This document shows positions 30,464 to 38,536 of a stretch of DNA of 43,044 nucleotides, piece by piece. The stretch comes from Sphaerochaeta sp. (GTDB lineage: Bacteria > Spirochaetota > Spirochaetia > Sphaerochaetales > Sphaerochaetaceae). The number at the start of each line of letters is the position of its first letter. The stretch's first letter is position 1. The DNA is taken from contig JAQVVB010000001.1 in NCBI GenBank assembly GCA_028699215.1, positions 1 to 43,044 of the forward strand, in the 5' to 3' direction. The position numbers and the translations under genes were made by a program. The notes beneath the pieces are model-generated. The model was not told the DNA's origin. It did no database searches and saw only the letters and a list, made by a program, of their open reading frames with translations.

Positions 30464-32098
30464 ATGGGTCTGGAACTATTGCTCCCGGTTATCCTCTTCA
30501 TCTTGACGCTGATAATTATTTTCATGCTCCGTTCAGATGACAAACGAGATCGTCGTTTGGACCTCCTAAAACAAAGAATGCAACATTTTACCAAGGAAGT
30601 GGAGACCATCCAGTCTCAATTCAAAGATACGGCCCAACTGACAGAAGAGAAAATCAATAAACGAGTTCTCGAAGCTAATCAGATTATGGGCAGAATGGAT
30701 ATGCAACTAGGGGATCTGGAAGCAAGAAGTGAGGATTTATCCAAGCTTCAGAGCGTCGTGAATACCTATCGTGACACCCTGACTCAATTGGGGGTGACCA
30801 CCTCCCAGGTTGAAGAACGCATAGATCAAGTAAAACAAGAAATTGTAAGAGTTGAGTCGGTCCAAGAGTCTATTGATTCTTTTGATGCCCGCCTTCTTGC
30901 GTTTCGCAAGGAAATCGAGAAAAGCCTAGCAGAAATGGAAGAATCCATGCAAGAACACCACTTGCATGTCAAGCAGATCCAAGATGCTTCGTTTGCAAAA
31001 CTCCAGTCATATGAACTGGAGGTTCAGGAAACCGAGCGGGCTAATCAGGCGAGAGTTGCTTCTCATTCTGAAGCGATACAAGAGCAGGAAGCTGCTTCTC
31101 TTTCCATTCTTAATCAGCAAATCAGTAAATTGAGGCAACTTGGTGATGATAGTGAACAGATTCTGTTCAACCATAAGAAAGTCCTGGAAGGTTCGCGTGA
31201 ACAAGCTCTTGAAGATTTGCAGGTTCAACAGAATCAATATGAGTTGCTGAAAGGTGAAAGTATAAAGCTTTTTAAATTGCAATCTGAGACCTTACAAGAA
31301 ATCGAAACAAAAGCACGGAACCAAATGATGGAATCCATGCATCGGTTTGTTGAAGAGAGCAATGGTACGGTTGGTGTGATTTTCGATCATGCTATCGAAA
31401 AAGCTGATGTTGCTTTCCAGACAATGATACGAACCATTCAGCAGTTTCTTAATGAATTGACTTCCCGGTTGGAGCATGCAGAATCTGTCGGCAATGCATT
31501 GCTGCAAACTGAACAGGAATCTCTGCTGGAATTCAGCCAAAGGGTGCAGATGCTTTCTGCTGAAGCTCTCAAAGCGAAAGATGAACAAGAAGAAACTGAT
31601 ACCCTACACAAGGAAGCTGCTGCTGGAATTCTTCTATTGCAGCAGGCATCCCAAACCCTTCATGAACAGATAGAGCAATTGAAAACCCAGAAAGAAGTCT
31701 TCGAAGCTCAGGAACAGGAATCTCATACGCAGGATTTAGCTGAGCCAGAAGCTGAACCAGAGGTTGAACCAGAAGCTGAACCAGAGGTTGAACCAGAAGC
31801 TGAATCAGAAGTTGAATCAGAAGCTGAATCAGAAGTTGAATCAGAAGCTGAATCAGAAGCTGAATCAGAAGCTGAACCAGAAGCTGAGCTAGAAGTTGAG
31901 CCAGAGGTTGAGCCAGAGGTTGAGCCAGAGGTTGAGCCAGAGGTTGAGCCAGAGGTTGAGCCAGAGGTTGAGCTTCCTGAAATAGAAGACCTGTTGGAAA
32001 GTGAAATAGACCAGGAAGAAAAACCCTGGGTTGAATATGTACCCTTGGGAGATGAAGAAGAAATCGCCTTAGAGGACGAAGAAGAGAAAAATACTTGA
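30464..32098 (+). CDS. Membrane-anchored long coiled-coil protein with acidic repeat tail (resembles spirochaete SpiroCoCo-type proteins)
   Basis: GGAGG SD before ATG 30464; TM LLLPVILFILTLIIIFML, then RSDDKRDRRLD; about 400 aa of Q/E/L-rich heptad-like sequence; family call by eye only. Confidence 0.75.
   Translation: MGLELLLPVILFILTLIIIFMLRSDDKRDRRLDLLKQRMQHFTKEVETIQSQFKDTAQLTEEKINKRVLEANQIMGRMDMQLGDLEARSEDLSKLQSVVNTYRDTLTQLGVTTSQVEERIDQVKQEIVRVESVQESIDSFDARLLAFRKEIEKSLAEMEESMQEHHLHVKQIQDASFAKLQSYELEVQETERANQARVASHSEAIQEQEAASLSILNQQISKLRQLGDDSEQILFNHKKVLEGSREQALEDLQVQQNQYELLKGESIKLFKLQSETLQEIETKARNQMMESMHRFVEESNGTVGVIFDHAIEKADVAFQTMIRTIQQFLNELTSRLEHAESVGNALLQTEQESLLEFSQRVQMLSAEALKAKDEQEETDTLHKEAAAGILLLQQASQTLHEQIEQLKTQKEVFEAQEQESHTQDLAEPEAEPEVEPEAEPEVEPEAESEVESEAESEVESEAESEAESEAEPEAELEVEPEVEPEVEPEVEPEVEPEVEPEVELPEIEDLLESEIDQEEKPWVEYVPLGDEEEIALEDEEEKNT
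31739..31973 (+). repeat. 12-bp coding tandem repeat, 19 full units plus a partial unit, (A/V)E(P/S)E
   Basis: Consensus GYTGARYCAGAR; the last six units are identical GTTGAGCCAGAG. Confidence 0.97.
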
Positions 32099-32267
32099 CG
32101 CTTGCATTCTCATTTGAGTATGTTATCGACAAGCCCAGGGGTGGGCTTCTCATTATTCTATACAAGGTTAACAGAATAGGCCCGTTTTGGGAGTAATTCC
32201 AAAAGTGGGTTTGCAAATAAACATGTGCCAAGACCTTGGTTTGGTATGTGGGAAATTGAGGAATGGA

Positions 32268-32858
32268 ATGGAAACGAAACAGGACAAGAAGAGTAAAAAA
32301 GAACAACCTGAAGTGGAAGATGCTTCCAAGGTAATGCAGGACGAACCGAAAGTCCTTCCAGAAATGGAACAGAAAGATTTGGAAATTGCACAGCTAAAGG
32401 AACAGCTCGAGAGTGCTCAGTCTGAGATTGCTTCCCTTAAGGATCAGATGCTGAGAGACCGTGCGGACAGTGATAATTTCCGCAAGCGTGTAATTCGTGA
32501 CAAAGACGATGCAGTGAAATACGCCAATTCCAATTTGATCAAGGATCTTTTGCAACCTCTCGATGATTTTGACCGCGCAATTAGTGCTGCAGAGTCAGCG
32601 CAGGATTTTACAAAAATTCATGATGGCGTTGTTATGGTTAATTCACAGCTTTACGGAATGCTTGAACGAAACTGGGGCTTGTCAAAGATTGAGGCACTTG
32701 GAAAGGAGTTCAATCCAGAAGAGCATGAGGCCTGCATGGTAGTTGATGATGAGTCCTTGGATGTAGAGACCGTTCTGGAAGAATTTTCCGTTGGATACAA
32801 ATTGCACGGAAGAGTGATTCGACCTTCAAAAGTAAAAGTTGGTAAACCAAACATTTGA
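32268..32858 (+). CDS. grpE: Nucleotide exchange factor GrpE
   Basis: RADSDNFRKR, LLQPLDDFDRA, FNPEEHEA, GYKLHGRVIRPSKVKV; start moved to ATG 32268 after GAGGA. Confidence 0.96.
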   Translation: METKQDKKSKKEQPEVEDASKVMQDEPKVLPEMEQKDLEIAQLKEQLESAQSEIASLKDQMLRDRADSDNFRKRVIRDKDDAVKYANSNLIKDLLQPLDDFDRAISAAESAQDFTKIHDGVVMVNSQLYGMLERNWGLSKIEALGKEFNPEEHEACMVVDDESLDVETVLEEFSVGYKLHGRVIRPSKVKVGKPNI

Positions 32859-32943
32859 CGATTGAGCGAGGTATGAGTACCTTAGAATCATGAGGAATTC
32901 CTCATATTACATATGATAGTTATTTGGAGAGGAGAAATATAAA

Positions 32944-34878
32944 ATGGGTAGAATAATTGGAATTGACCTGGGCACAACCAATAGCTGTGTTGCAGTTATG
33001 GAAGGCAACGACCCTATGGTCATCGCTAACAGTGAAGGACAGAGGACGACTCCCTCAGTTGTTGGTTATACTGCCAAAGGCGATCGTCTCGTCGGTCAGC
33101 CAGCTAAGAACCAGATTGTAACAAACGCTGAGAACACAGTGTATTCAATCAAGCGTTTTATGGGTCGAAAATATAATGAAGTTCCTTCTGAATTGGGAAA
33201 AATCCCTTATAAAGTAATTTCTGGATCTTCTAATGAAATAAAAGTTGACATCCGTGGTGAATCCTATTCTCCGCAGGAAATTTCTGCTGCCGTCCTTCAG
33301 AAAATGAAGAAGACTGCTGAAGACTACCTTGGTGAGACCATTACAGAAGCGGTTGTCACCGTTCCTGCATATTTTAATGATGCTCAGCGTCAGGCAACTA
33401 AAGATGCCGGTAAAATTGCTGGTCTTGACGTAAAGCGTATCGTCAACGAACCAACTGCTGCTGCCTTGGCTTATGGCTTTGGTAAGGATGCAAGTAAAGA
33501 AGAAAAAATCGCAGTATACGACCTTGGTGGTGGTACCTTTGATATTTCAATTCTTGAACTTGGTGACGGAGTCTTCGAAGTTAAGTCTACCAATGGGGAT
33601 ACTCATCTTGGTGGTGATGATTTCGACCAGAGGATCATCGACTGGATGGCTTCTGAATTCAAGAAATCCAATGGGATCGATCTCACCAGTGACAAGATGG
33701 CATTGCAGAGATTACGGGAAGCCGCTGAAAAGGCAAAAATTGAGCTCTCCAACTCAACCAGCACTGACATCAACCTTCCTTTCATCACCGCAGATGCTTC
33801 CGGCCCTAAACACTTGCAGATGACCCTTTCTCGCTCAAAGTTCGAGCAGTTGGTTGCAGACCTGATCGAAAGATCCAAGCTCCCTGTCAAGAATGCACTT
33901 CGTGACGCAGGTCTTACCGCTGCTGATATCGATGAAGTAATTCTTGTTGGAGGTTCTACCCGTATTCCAGCTGTCCAGGCTGCAGTTCGTGAACTTTTCA
34001 ACAGAGAACCCCACAAAGGTGTTAACCCTGATGAAGTAGTAGCAATGGGTGCTGCAATCCAAGGTGGTATTCTTGGTGGTGATGTCAAAGACGTTCTGCT
34101 TCTGGATGTTACTCCGCTTTCTCTTGGTATTGAGACCTTGGGTGGTGTTAACACTCGTTTGATTGAACGCAACACCACAATTCCTACCAGAAAGAGCCAG
34201 ATTTTCTCCACCGCTGCTGATGGACAGACTGCTGTTAGCATTCATGTACTTCAGGGTGAACGTGAGATGGCTTCTCAGAACAGGACCCTTGGGAAGTTCG
34301 ATCTCATCGGTATTCCTTCTGCTCCTCGTGGAGTTCCACAGATTGAAGTCACTTTTGACATCGATGCCAACGGAATCGTACACGTATCTGCAAAGGACCT
34401 TGGTACTGGTAAGGAACAGAAGATCCGTATTGAATCTTCATCTGGACTGAGCGATGCAGACATTGAGAAAATGGTCCGTGAGGCTGAAGCCCATGCTGAA
34501 GAAGACAAGAAGGAGCGCGCTCGTATCGATGCTCGCAATGAGGCTGATAGCTTGGTCTACTCAACTGAGAAATCTCTCAAGGAATATGGAGATAAGATCA
34601 GTTCTGAGGATAAGACAAATATCGAGACCGCTGTTGCAGATCTTAAGAGCATTCTTAACAACCAGAGTGCTTCTGCAGAAGAGATCAAGGCAAAGAGTGA
34701 AACCCTCCAACAGGCCGCTTATAAGCTTGCTGAAGAGGTGTACAAGAACGCTTCTGCTCCAAACGGAGCTGAGGGCGCACAGCCTGAGCAACCTTCAGGT
34801 CCTACCGATGAACCTTCAAACAAGAAGCATTCAGGTGGTGATGGGGTTGAAGATGCTGATTACGAAGTCGTAGACTAA
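32944..34878 (+). CDS. dnaK: Chaperone DnaK
   Basis: [48 protein letters not shown]. Confidence 0.99.
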   Translation: MGRIIGIDLGTTNSCVAVMEGNDPMVIANSEGQRTTPSVVGYTAKGDRLVGQPAKNQIVTNAENTVYSIKRFMGRKYNEVPSELGKIPYKVISGSSNEIKVDIRGESYSPQEISAAVLQKMKKTAEDYLGETITEAVVTVPAYFNDAQRQATKDAGKIAGLDVKRIVNEPTAAALAYGFGKDASKEEKIAVYDLGGGTFDISILELGDGVFEVKSTNGDTHLGGDDFDQRIIDWMASEFKKSNGIDLTSDKMALQRLREAAEKAKIELSNSTSTDINLPFITADASGPKHLQMTLSRSKFEQLVADLIERSKLPVKNALRDAGLTAADIDEVILVGGSTRIPAVQAAVRELFNREPHKGVNPDEVVAMGAAIQGGILGGDVKDVLLLDVTPLSLGIETLGGVNTRLIERNTTIPTRKSQIFSTAADGQTAVSIHVLQGEREMASQNRTLGKFDLIGIPSAPRGVPQIEVTFDIDANGIVHVSAKDLGTGKEQKIRIESSSGLSDADIEKMVREAEAHAEEDKKERARIDARNEADSLVYSTEKSLKEYGDKISSEDKTNIETAVADLKSILNNQSASAEEIKAKSETLQQAAYKLAEEVYKNASAPNGAEGAQPEQPSGPTDEPSNKKHSGGDGVEDADYEVVD

Positions 34879-34915
34879 GGAATCAGAAACAGGTTACAAT
34901 ATTATATAGGCTTTC

Positions 34916-34950
34916 CATCATGTCGGCTTTAGGCCGACATGATGTTTCTT
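34916..34950 (+). terminator. Stem-loop between dnaK and dnaJ (partial terminator or mRNA stabiliser)
   Basis: Perfect 12-bp stem CATCATGTCGGC/GCCGACATGATG followed by TTTCTT. Confidence 0.7.
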
Positions 34951-34979
34951 AAGTCAATTTGTTCGAAGGAAGTCGCACT

Positions 34980-36119
34980 GTGGCGAAACGAGATTATTAT
35001 GAAGTGCTTGGAGTTGCAAAAACTGCAGCACTGGATGAAATAAAAAAGGCGTACCGAAAGCTGGCAATTGCCAACCACCCAGATAGAAATCCAGGGGATA
35101 AGGCAGCTGAAGAGCGTTTCAAAGAAGCCACTGAAGCTTACGATGTCCTCGGTGATGAAAAGAAACGCCAGATGTATGATCAGTACGGTTTTGCCGGTAT
35201 TGATGGTGCAAATGGTGCAGGGCATGACTACTCGAATGTGTACCGGGATTTCAGCGATATTTTCGGTGGCGGTTTTGGTGGCGGTGGGTTTGAGGATATT
35301 TTCAGTTCCTTCTTTGGGGGTGGTAATTCCCGTTCCCAATCAAGGGGTGGACAAAGAGGCCCTGAAACGGGTTCTTCCTTACGTTATGATGTAGAAATCG
35401 ACTTTAAGGATGCTGTGTTTGGTACCAAGGTGGAAGTTGCCTACTCCCATCAAGTTGCTTGTGATACTTGCCATGGCTCAGGGTCTGAAGGTGGTTCTGG
35501 AACTAAAGTATGTCCTACTTGTAATGGTTCTGGACAAGTTCGCCGAAACAGCGGTTTCTTTGCAATTGCAAGTGCGTGTCCTACCTGTAATGGTAGCGGA
35601 CGAGTCATTGAGAACCCCTGTTCTGATTGTCATGGCACTGGTTTGAAACGCAAACAACAAAAGGTGAAGGTCTCCATACCTGCTGGTGTTGATAACGGAA
35701 GTAGGGTGGTGCTTCGTGGAATGGGTGATGCTGGTTCCAATGGAGGTCCTTCTGGGGATCTGTATGTCTATGTCGGGGTGAAACCACATAAGTATTTCAT
35801 TCGACAAGACTATGATCTTTTCTGCCAGATTCCTATCTCTATCACGCAAGCTTCGCTTGGTGCTGATATCCAGGTTCCCACGATAGATGGCCAGTCCATT
35901 AAAGTTTCCATACCTTCTGGGGTACAGTCTGGTAAAATGTTGAGGGTACGTGGAAGAGGCGTGACGAAACTCAATTCGACCGATAGAGGGGATATGTACT
36001 TGAAACTGATGGTTCAAGTTCCAAAACGGTTGAGTTTGAAGGCTAAGAAAATTATGCAGGAGCTTTCAGATGCCCTTGGAGAGGAGGACTCTCCAACCCC
36101 TGTGCCGTTTGAAGATTAA
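34980..36119 (+). CDS. dnaJ: Chaperone DnaJ
   Basis: KRDYYEVLGV, HPD, G/F-rich region, four CxxCxGxG motifs; GTG start at 34980. Confidence 0.98.
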   Translation: MAKRDYYEVLGVAKTAALDEIKKAYRKLAIANHPDRNPGDKAAEERFKEATEAYDVLGDEKKRQMYDQYGFAGIDGANGAGHDYSNVYRDFSDIFGGGFGGGGFEDIFSSFFGGGNSRSQSRGGQRGPETGSSLRYDVEIDFKDAVFGTKVEVAYSHQVACDTCHGSGSEGGSGTKVCPTCNGSGQVRRNSGFFAIASACPTCNGSGRVIENPCSDCHGTGLKRKQQKVKVSIPAGVDNGSRVVLRGMGDAGSNGGPSGDLYVYVGVKPHKYFIRQDYDLFCQIPISITQASLGADIQVPTIDGQSIKVSIPSGVQSGKMLRVRGRGVTKLNSTDRGDMYLKLMVQVPKRLSLKAKKIMQELSDALGEEDSPTPVPFED

Positions 36120-36122
36120 CGT

Positions 36123-36150
36123 AGGGCTACCCTCTGTGGTAGCCTTTTTT
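36123..36150 (+). terminator. Intrinsic terminator after dnaJ
   Basis: AGGGCTACC/GGTAGCCTT followed by T-tract. Confidence 0.8.
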
Positions 36151-36189
36151 AGTGTAATGCTGTAAGCTTTTTATAAGCAGGAGAAGAGA

Positions 36190-36960
36190 ATGGGAGAGAA
36201 GATATTTGGCTTTCATGCCATAGAAGAGAGCCTCAAGCAGGCCACATCGGGTTCAATTTTGTACCTATGTCGTGGGATGGGAGGCCATACAGAAGCTTTG
36301 GAGAGACAGGCTCTTCTTACTGGTAAGGTTTTGGTAAAAAAAATCGCCAAGGTTGAAATGGATCGGATGGTCGATCAAGCCGATCACCGAGGTGCCGTAC
36401 TGGATATGCCTAATCCATCAGTCAAAGGGCCTTCAAGAATTCAGAACACAACCGTCAAGGAGTTTTGTGCAAAACTCAAGGATGATGAGAGTGCCCTTGT
36501 TTTGGTGTTGGATGAAATTACCGATCCCCAGAATTTGGGAGCAATCTTACGTTCGGCAGATCAATTCTCCGTAGCGTTGGTTGTTATTCCTGAAAGACGG
36601 AGTGCACAGGCCAATTCCACCGTTGTAAAGGTGTCTTCTGGAGCTGCACAATACGTTCCAATGGCTGTTGTCACCAACCTTAACAGGGAGATTGATAACC
36701 TCAAGTCCAACGGATTCTGGGTTTACGGTGCAGACATGAATGGAAAAGAATCCTATAAAGTGGTATTTCCCAAGAGGACCGTACTGGTGATGGGTAATGA
36801 AGGAAAGGGATTGAACCGTCTTACCAAGGAGCTTTGTGATCAAATCGTGTCCATTCCTATGACCGGACATATTGATTCTTTGAATGTTTCTGTCGCTACA
36901 GGTATACTTTTATACGAAGTCAGGAGACAACAAGGGGTTGCTTCAATAACTCAAAAATAG
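36190..36960 (+). CDS. rlmB: 23S rRNA Gm2251 methyltransferase (SPOUT family)
   Basis: GFHAIEE, LDEITDPQNLGAILRSA, KVSSGA, VMGNEGKG, IPMTGHIDSLNVSVA. Confidence 0.92.
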   Translation: MGEKIFGFHAIEESLKQATSGSILYLCRGMGGHTEALERQALLTGKVLVKKIAKVEMDRMVDQADHRGAVLDMPNPSVKGPSRIQNTTVKEFCAKLKDDESALVLVLDEITDPQNLGAILRSADQFSVALVVIPERRSAQANSTVVKVSSGAAQYVPMAVVTNLNREIDNLKSNGFWVYGADMNGKESYKVVFPKRTVLVMGNEGKGLNRLTKELCDQIVSIPMTGHIDSLNVSVATGILLYEVRRQQGVASITQK

Positions 36961-36980
36961 ACGAGTTTTGGATTATGTAT

Positions 36981-37021
36981 AGGATATTTGGGGTGTTTTA
37001 TCTACCAAATATCCTTTTTTT
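36981..37021 (+). terminator. Intrinsic terminator after rlmB
   Basis: AGGATATTTGG/CCAAATATCCT followed by T-tract. Confidence 0.75.
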
Positions 37022-37072
37022 GTTATTTATGCAGAGAATTTTCATTCAAATGCATAAAAAAATAAACTTTTC

Positions 37073-37101
37073 TTGCAAGCAGGGATTCTTTTACGTATCA
37101 T
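37073..37101 (+). promoter_or_regulatory. Putative sigma70 promoter of the ABC operon
   Basis: TTGCAA - 17 nt - TATCAT. Confidence 0.55.
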
Positions 37102-37134
37102 AAGAGTAACTATCCCTTAAGGAGAGAAGGAAAA

Positions 37135-38355
37135 ATGAAAAAGACACTCGCTCTTGTTCTTTGTTTCGTATTGGTTTCCGGTTTTGCATTTGCAGCTGGA
37201 ACTCAAGAAACTGCCGCGGCTGCAAAACCTGCTGCCCAGGCTTTTCACATCGGTGTTGTCACCGGTACCGTTTCCCAGTCTGAAGATGACCTTCGTGGTG
37301 CAGAACGCCTCATTGAAGAATACGGTTCTGTTTCTACTGGCGGAATGATTCAGCACGTTACCTATCCTGACAACTTCATGGATGAAGCTGAGACCACCAT
37401 TAGCGTTATCTCTGGCCTTGCAGACGATCCTTTGATGAAAGCAATCATCGTGAATCAGGCTATTCCTGGTACGACTGAAGCTTTCCGTAGAGTAAAGGAA
37501 AAGAGATCTGATGTTCTCTGCATCGCTGGTGAAGCCCATGAGGATCCCGGTGTAATCCAGAGCGCAGCTGACTTGGCCGTCAACAACGACTTTGTAGCTC
37601 GCGGTTACCTGATCATTCGCACTGCTCATGAACTTGGATGTGATACCTTTGTACACATTTCCTTCCCCAGACACCTCAGCTATGAGACCATGAGTCGCCG
37701 TGTGGCTATCATGAGAGCTACCTGTCAGGAATTGGGAATGAAGTTCGTTCTTGAGACTGCCCCTGATCCGACTAGTGACGTAGGTGTTGCTGGTGCTCAG
37801 CAGTATATCCTCGAGAAAGTTCCAGCTTGGATCGAGACCTATGGTCAGAAAGCAGCTTTCTTCTGCACCAATGATGCTCATACCGAACCTCTTCTCAAGC
37901 AGCTGTTGACCTATGGTGGTTACTTCATTGAAGCAGACCTCCCCAGTCCTCTCATGGGATATCCTGGCGCACTTGGAATCGACCTTTCTGCAGAAGCTGG
38001 TGATTTCACCGCTATCCTCAAGAAAGTTGAAGCTTCCATTGTTGCAAAGGGTGGAGCAGGTCGCTTCGGTACTTGGGCATTCTCCTATGGTTACACTTCA
38101 ACTGCCGGCTTGGGCCAGCATGCCATCAACGTCGTCAAGGGTGAGAGCGAACTGCTCAAGCTTTCTGACCTCATGAAGGCTTATGGAAAGTATACCCCCA
38201 ATGCCAAGTGGAATGGTTCCTTCTACTCAGACGTCAACACTGGCGTTCGTGCCAAGAACCATGTCTTGATTTATCAGGACACCTATATGATGGGCAAAGG
38301 CTACATGGGCAATGCAGATATCGTTGTTCCAGATAAGTATTTCGCGATCAAATAA
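37135..38355 (+). CDS. Exported DUF3798-like protein, probable ABC substrate-binding protein
   Basis: Signal peptide MKK..FAFAAGTQE; motifs TGTVSQSEDDLRGAE, HISFPRH, FCTNDAHTEPL, ADLPSPLMGYPGALG; first gene of an ABC operon. Confidence 0.8.
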   Translation: MKKTLALVLCFVLVSGFAFAAGTQETAAAAKPAAQAFHIGVVTGTVSQSEDDLRGAERLIEEYGSVSTGGMIQHVTYPDNFMDEAETTISVISGLADDPLMKAIIVNQAIPGTTEAFRRVKEKRSDVLCIAGEAHEDPGVIQSAADLAVNNDFVARGYLIIRTAHELGCDTFVHISFPRHLSYETMSRRVAIMRATCQELGMKFVLETAPDPTSDVGVAGAQQYILEKVPAWIETYGQKAAFFCTNDAHTEPLLKQLLTYGGYFIEADLPSPLMGYPGALGIDLSAEAGDFTAILKKVEASIVAKGGAGRFGTWAFSYGYTSTAGLGQHAINVVKGESELLKLSDLMKAYGKYTPNAKWNGSFYSDVNTGVRAKNHVLIYQDTYMMGKGYMGNADIVVPDKYFAIK

Positions 38356-38376
38356 CGTATTTTATTGTGTTCCTTC

Positions 38377-38404
38377 AGGGGGAGAGTGTCACTCTCCCCC
38401 TTTA
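38377..38404 (+). terminator. Stem-loop after the binding-protein gene
   Basis: AGGGGGAGAGT-GTC-ACTCTCCCCCT with a short T tail. Confidence 0.7.
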
Positions 38405-38536
38405 TGGTGATTAATGGGTCTATGAGTTAGTGAATTTTTGCATGGTTATTTTTTGTATGAAGGTGTAGAATGCTTGGTCGAGACCGTTGCGTTATGTAAC
38501 GTAAGAGTCACTACCAAGATTGAAAGGATTGAGTAT

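Noticed and set aside
31739-31973. CRISPR-like array
   Set aside because: Contiguous 12-bp units with no unique spacers, in frame within a CDS, and no cas genes
32099-32267. CIRCE element before grpE
   Set aside because: Only a 6/9 left-arm similarity (CTTGCATTC), with no right arm at the 9-nt spacing
31569-32306. Minus-strand 245-aa ORF with LAQP/LIQL repeats
   Set aside because: Antisense reading of the 12-bp repeat, which lacks stops in that frame
34916-34950. dnaK-dnaJ hairpin as a novel element
   Set aside because: Stem-loops between dnaK and dnaJ are a familiar way to set chaperone stoichiometry; listed as a feature only
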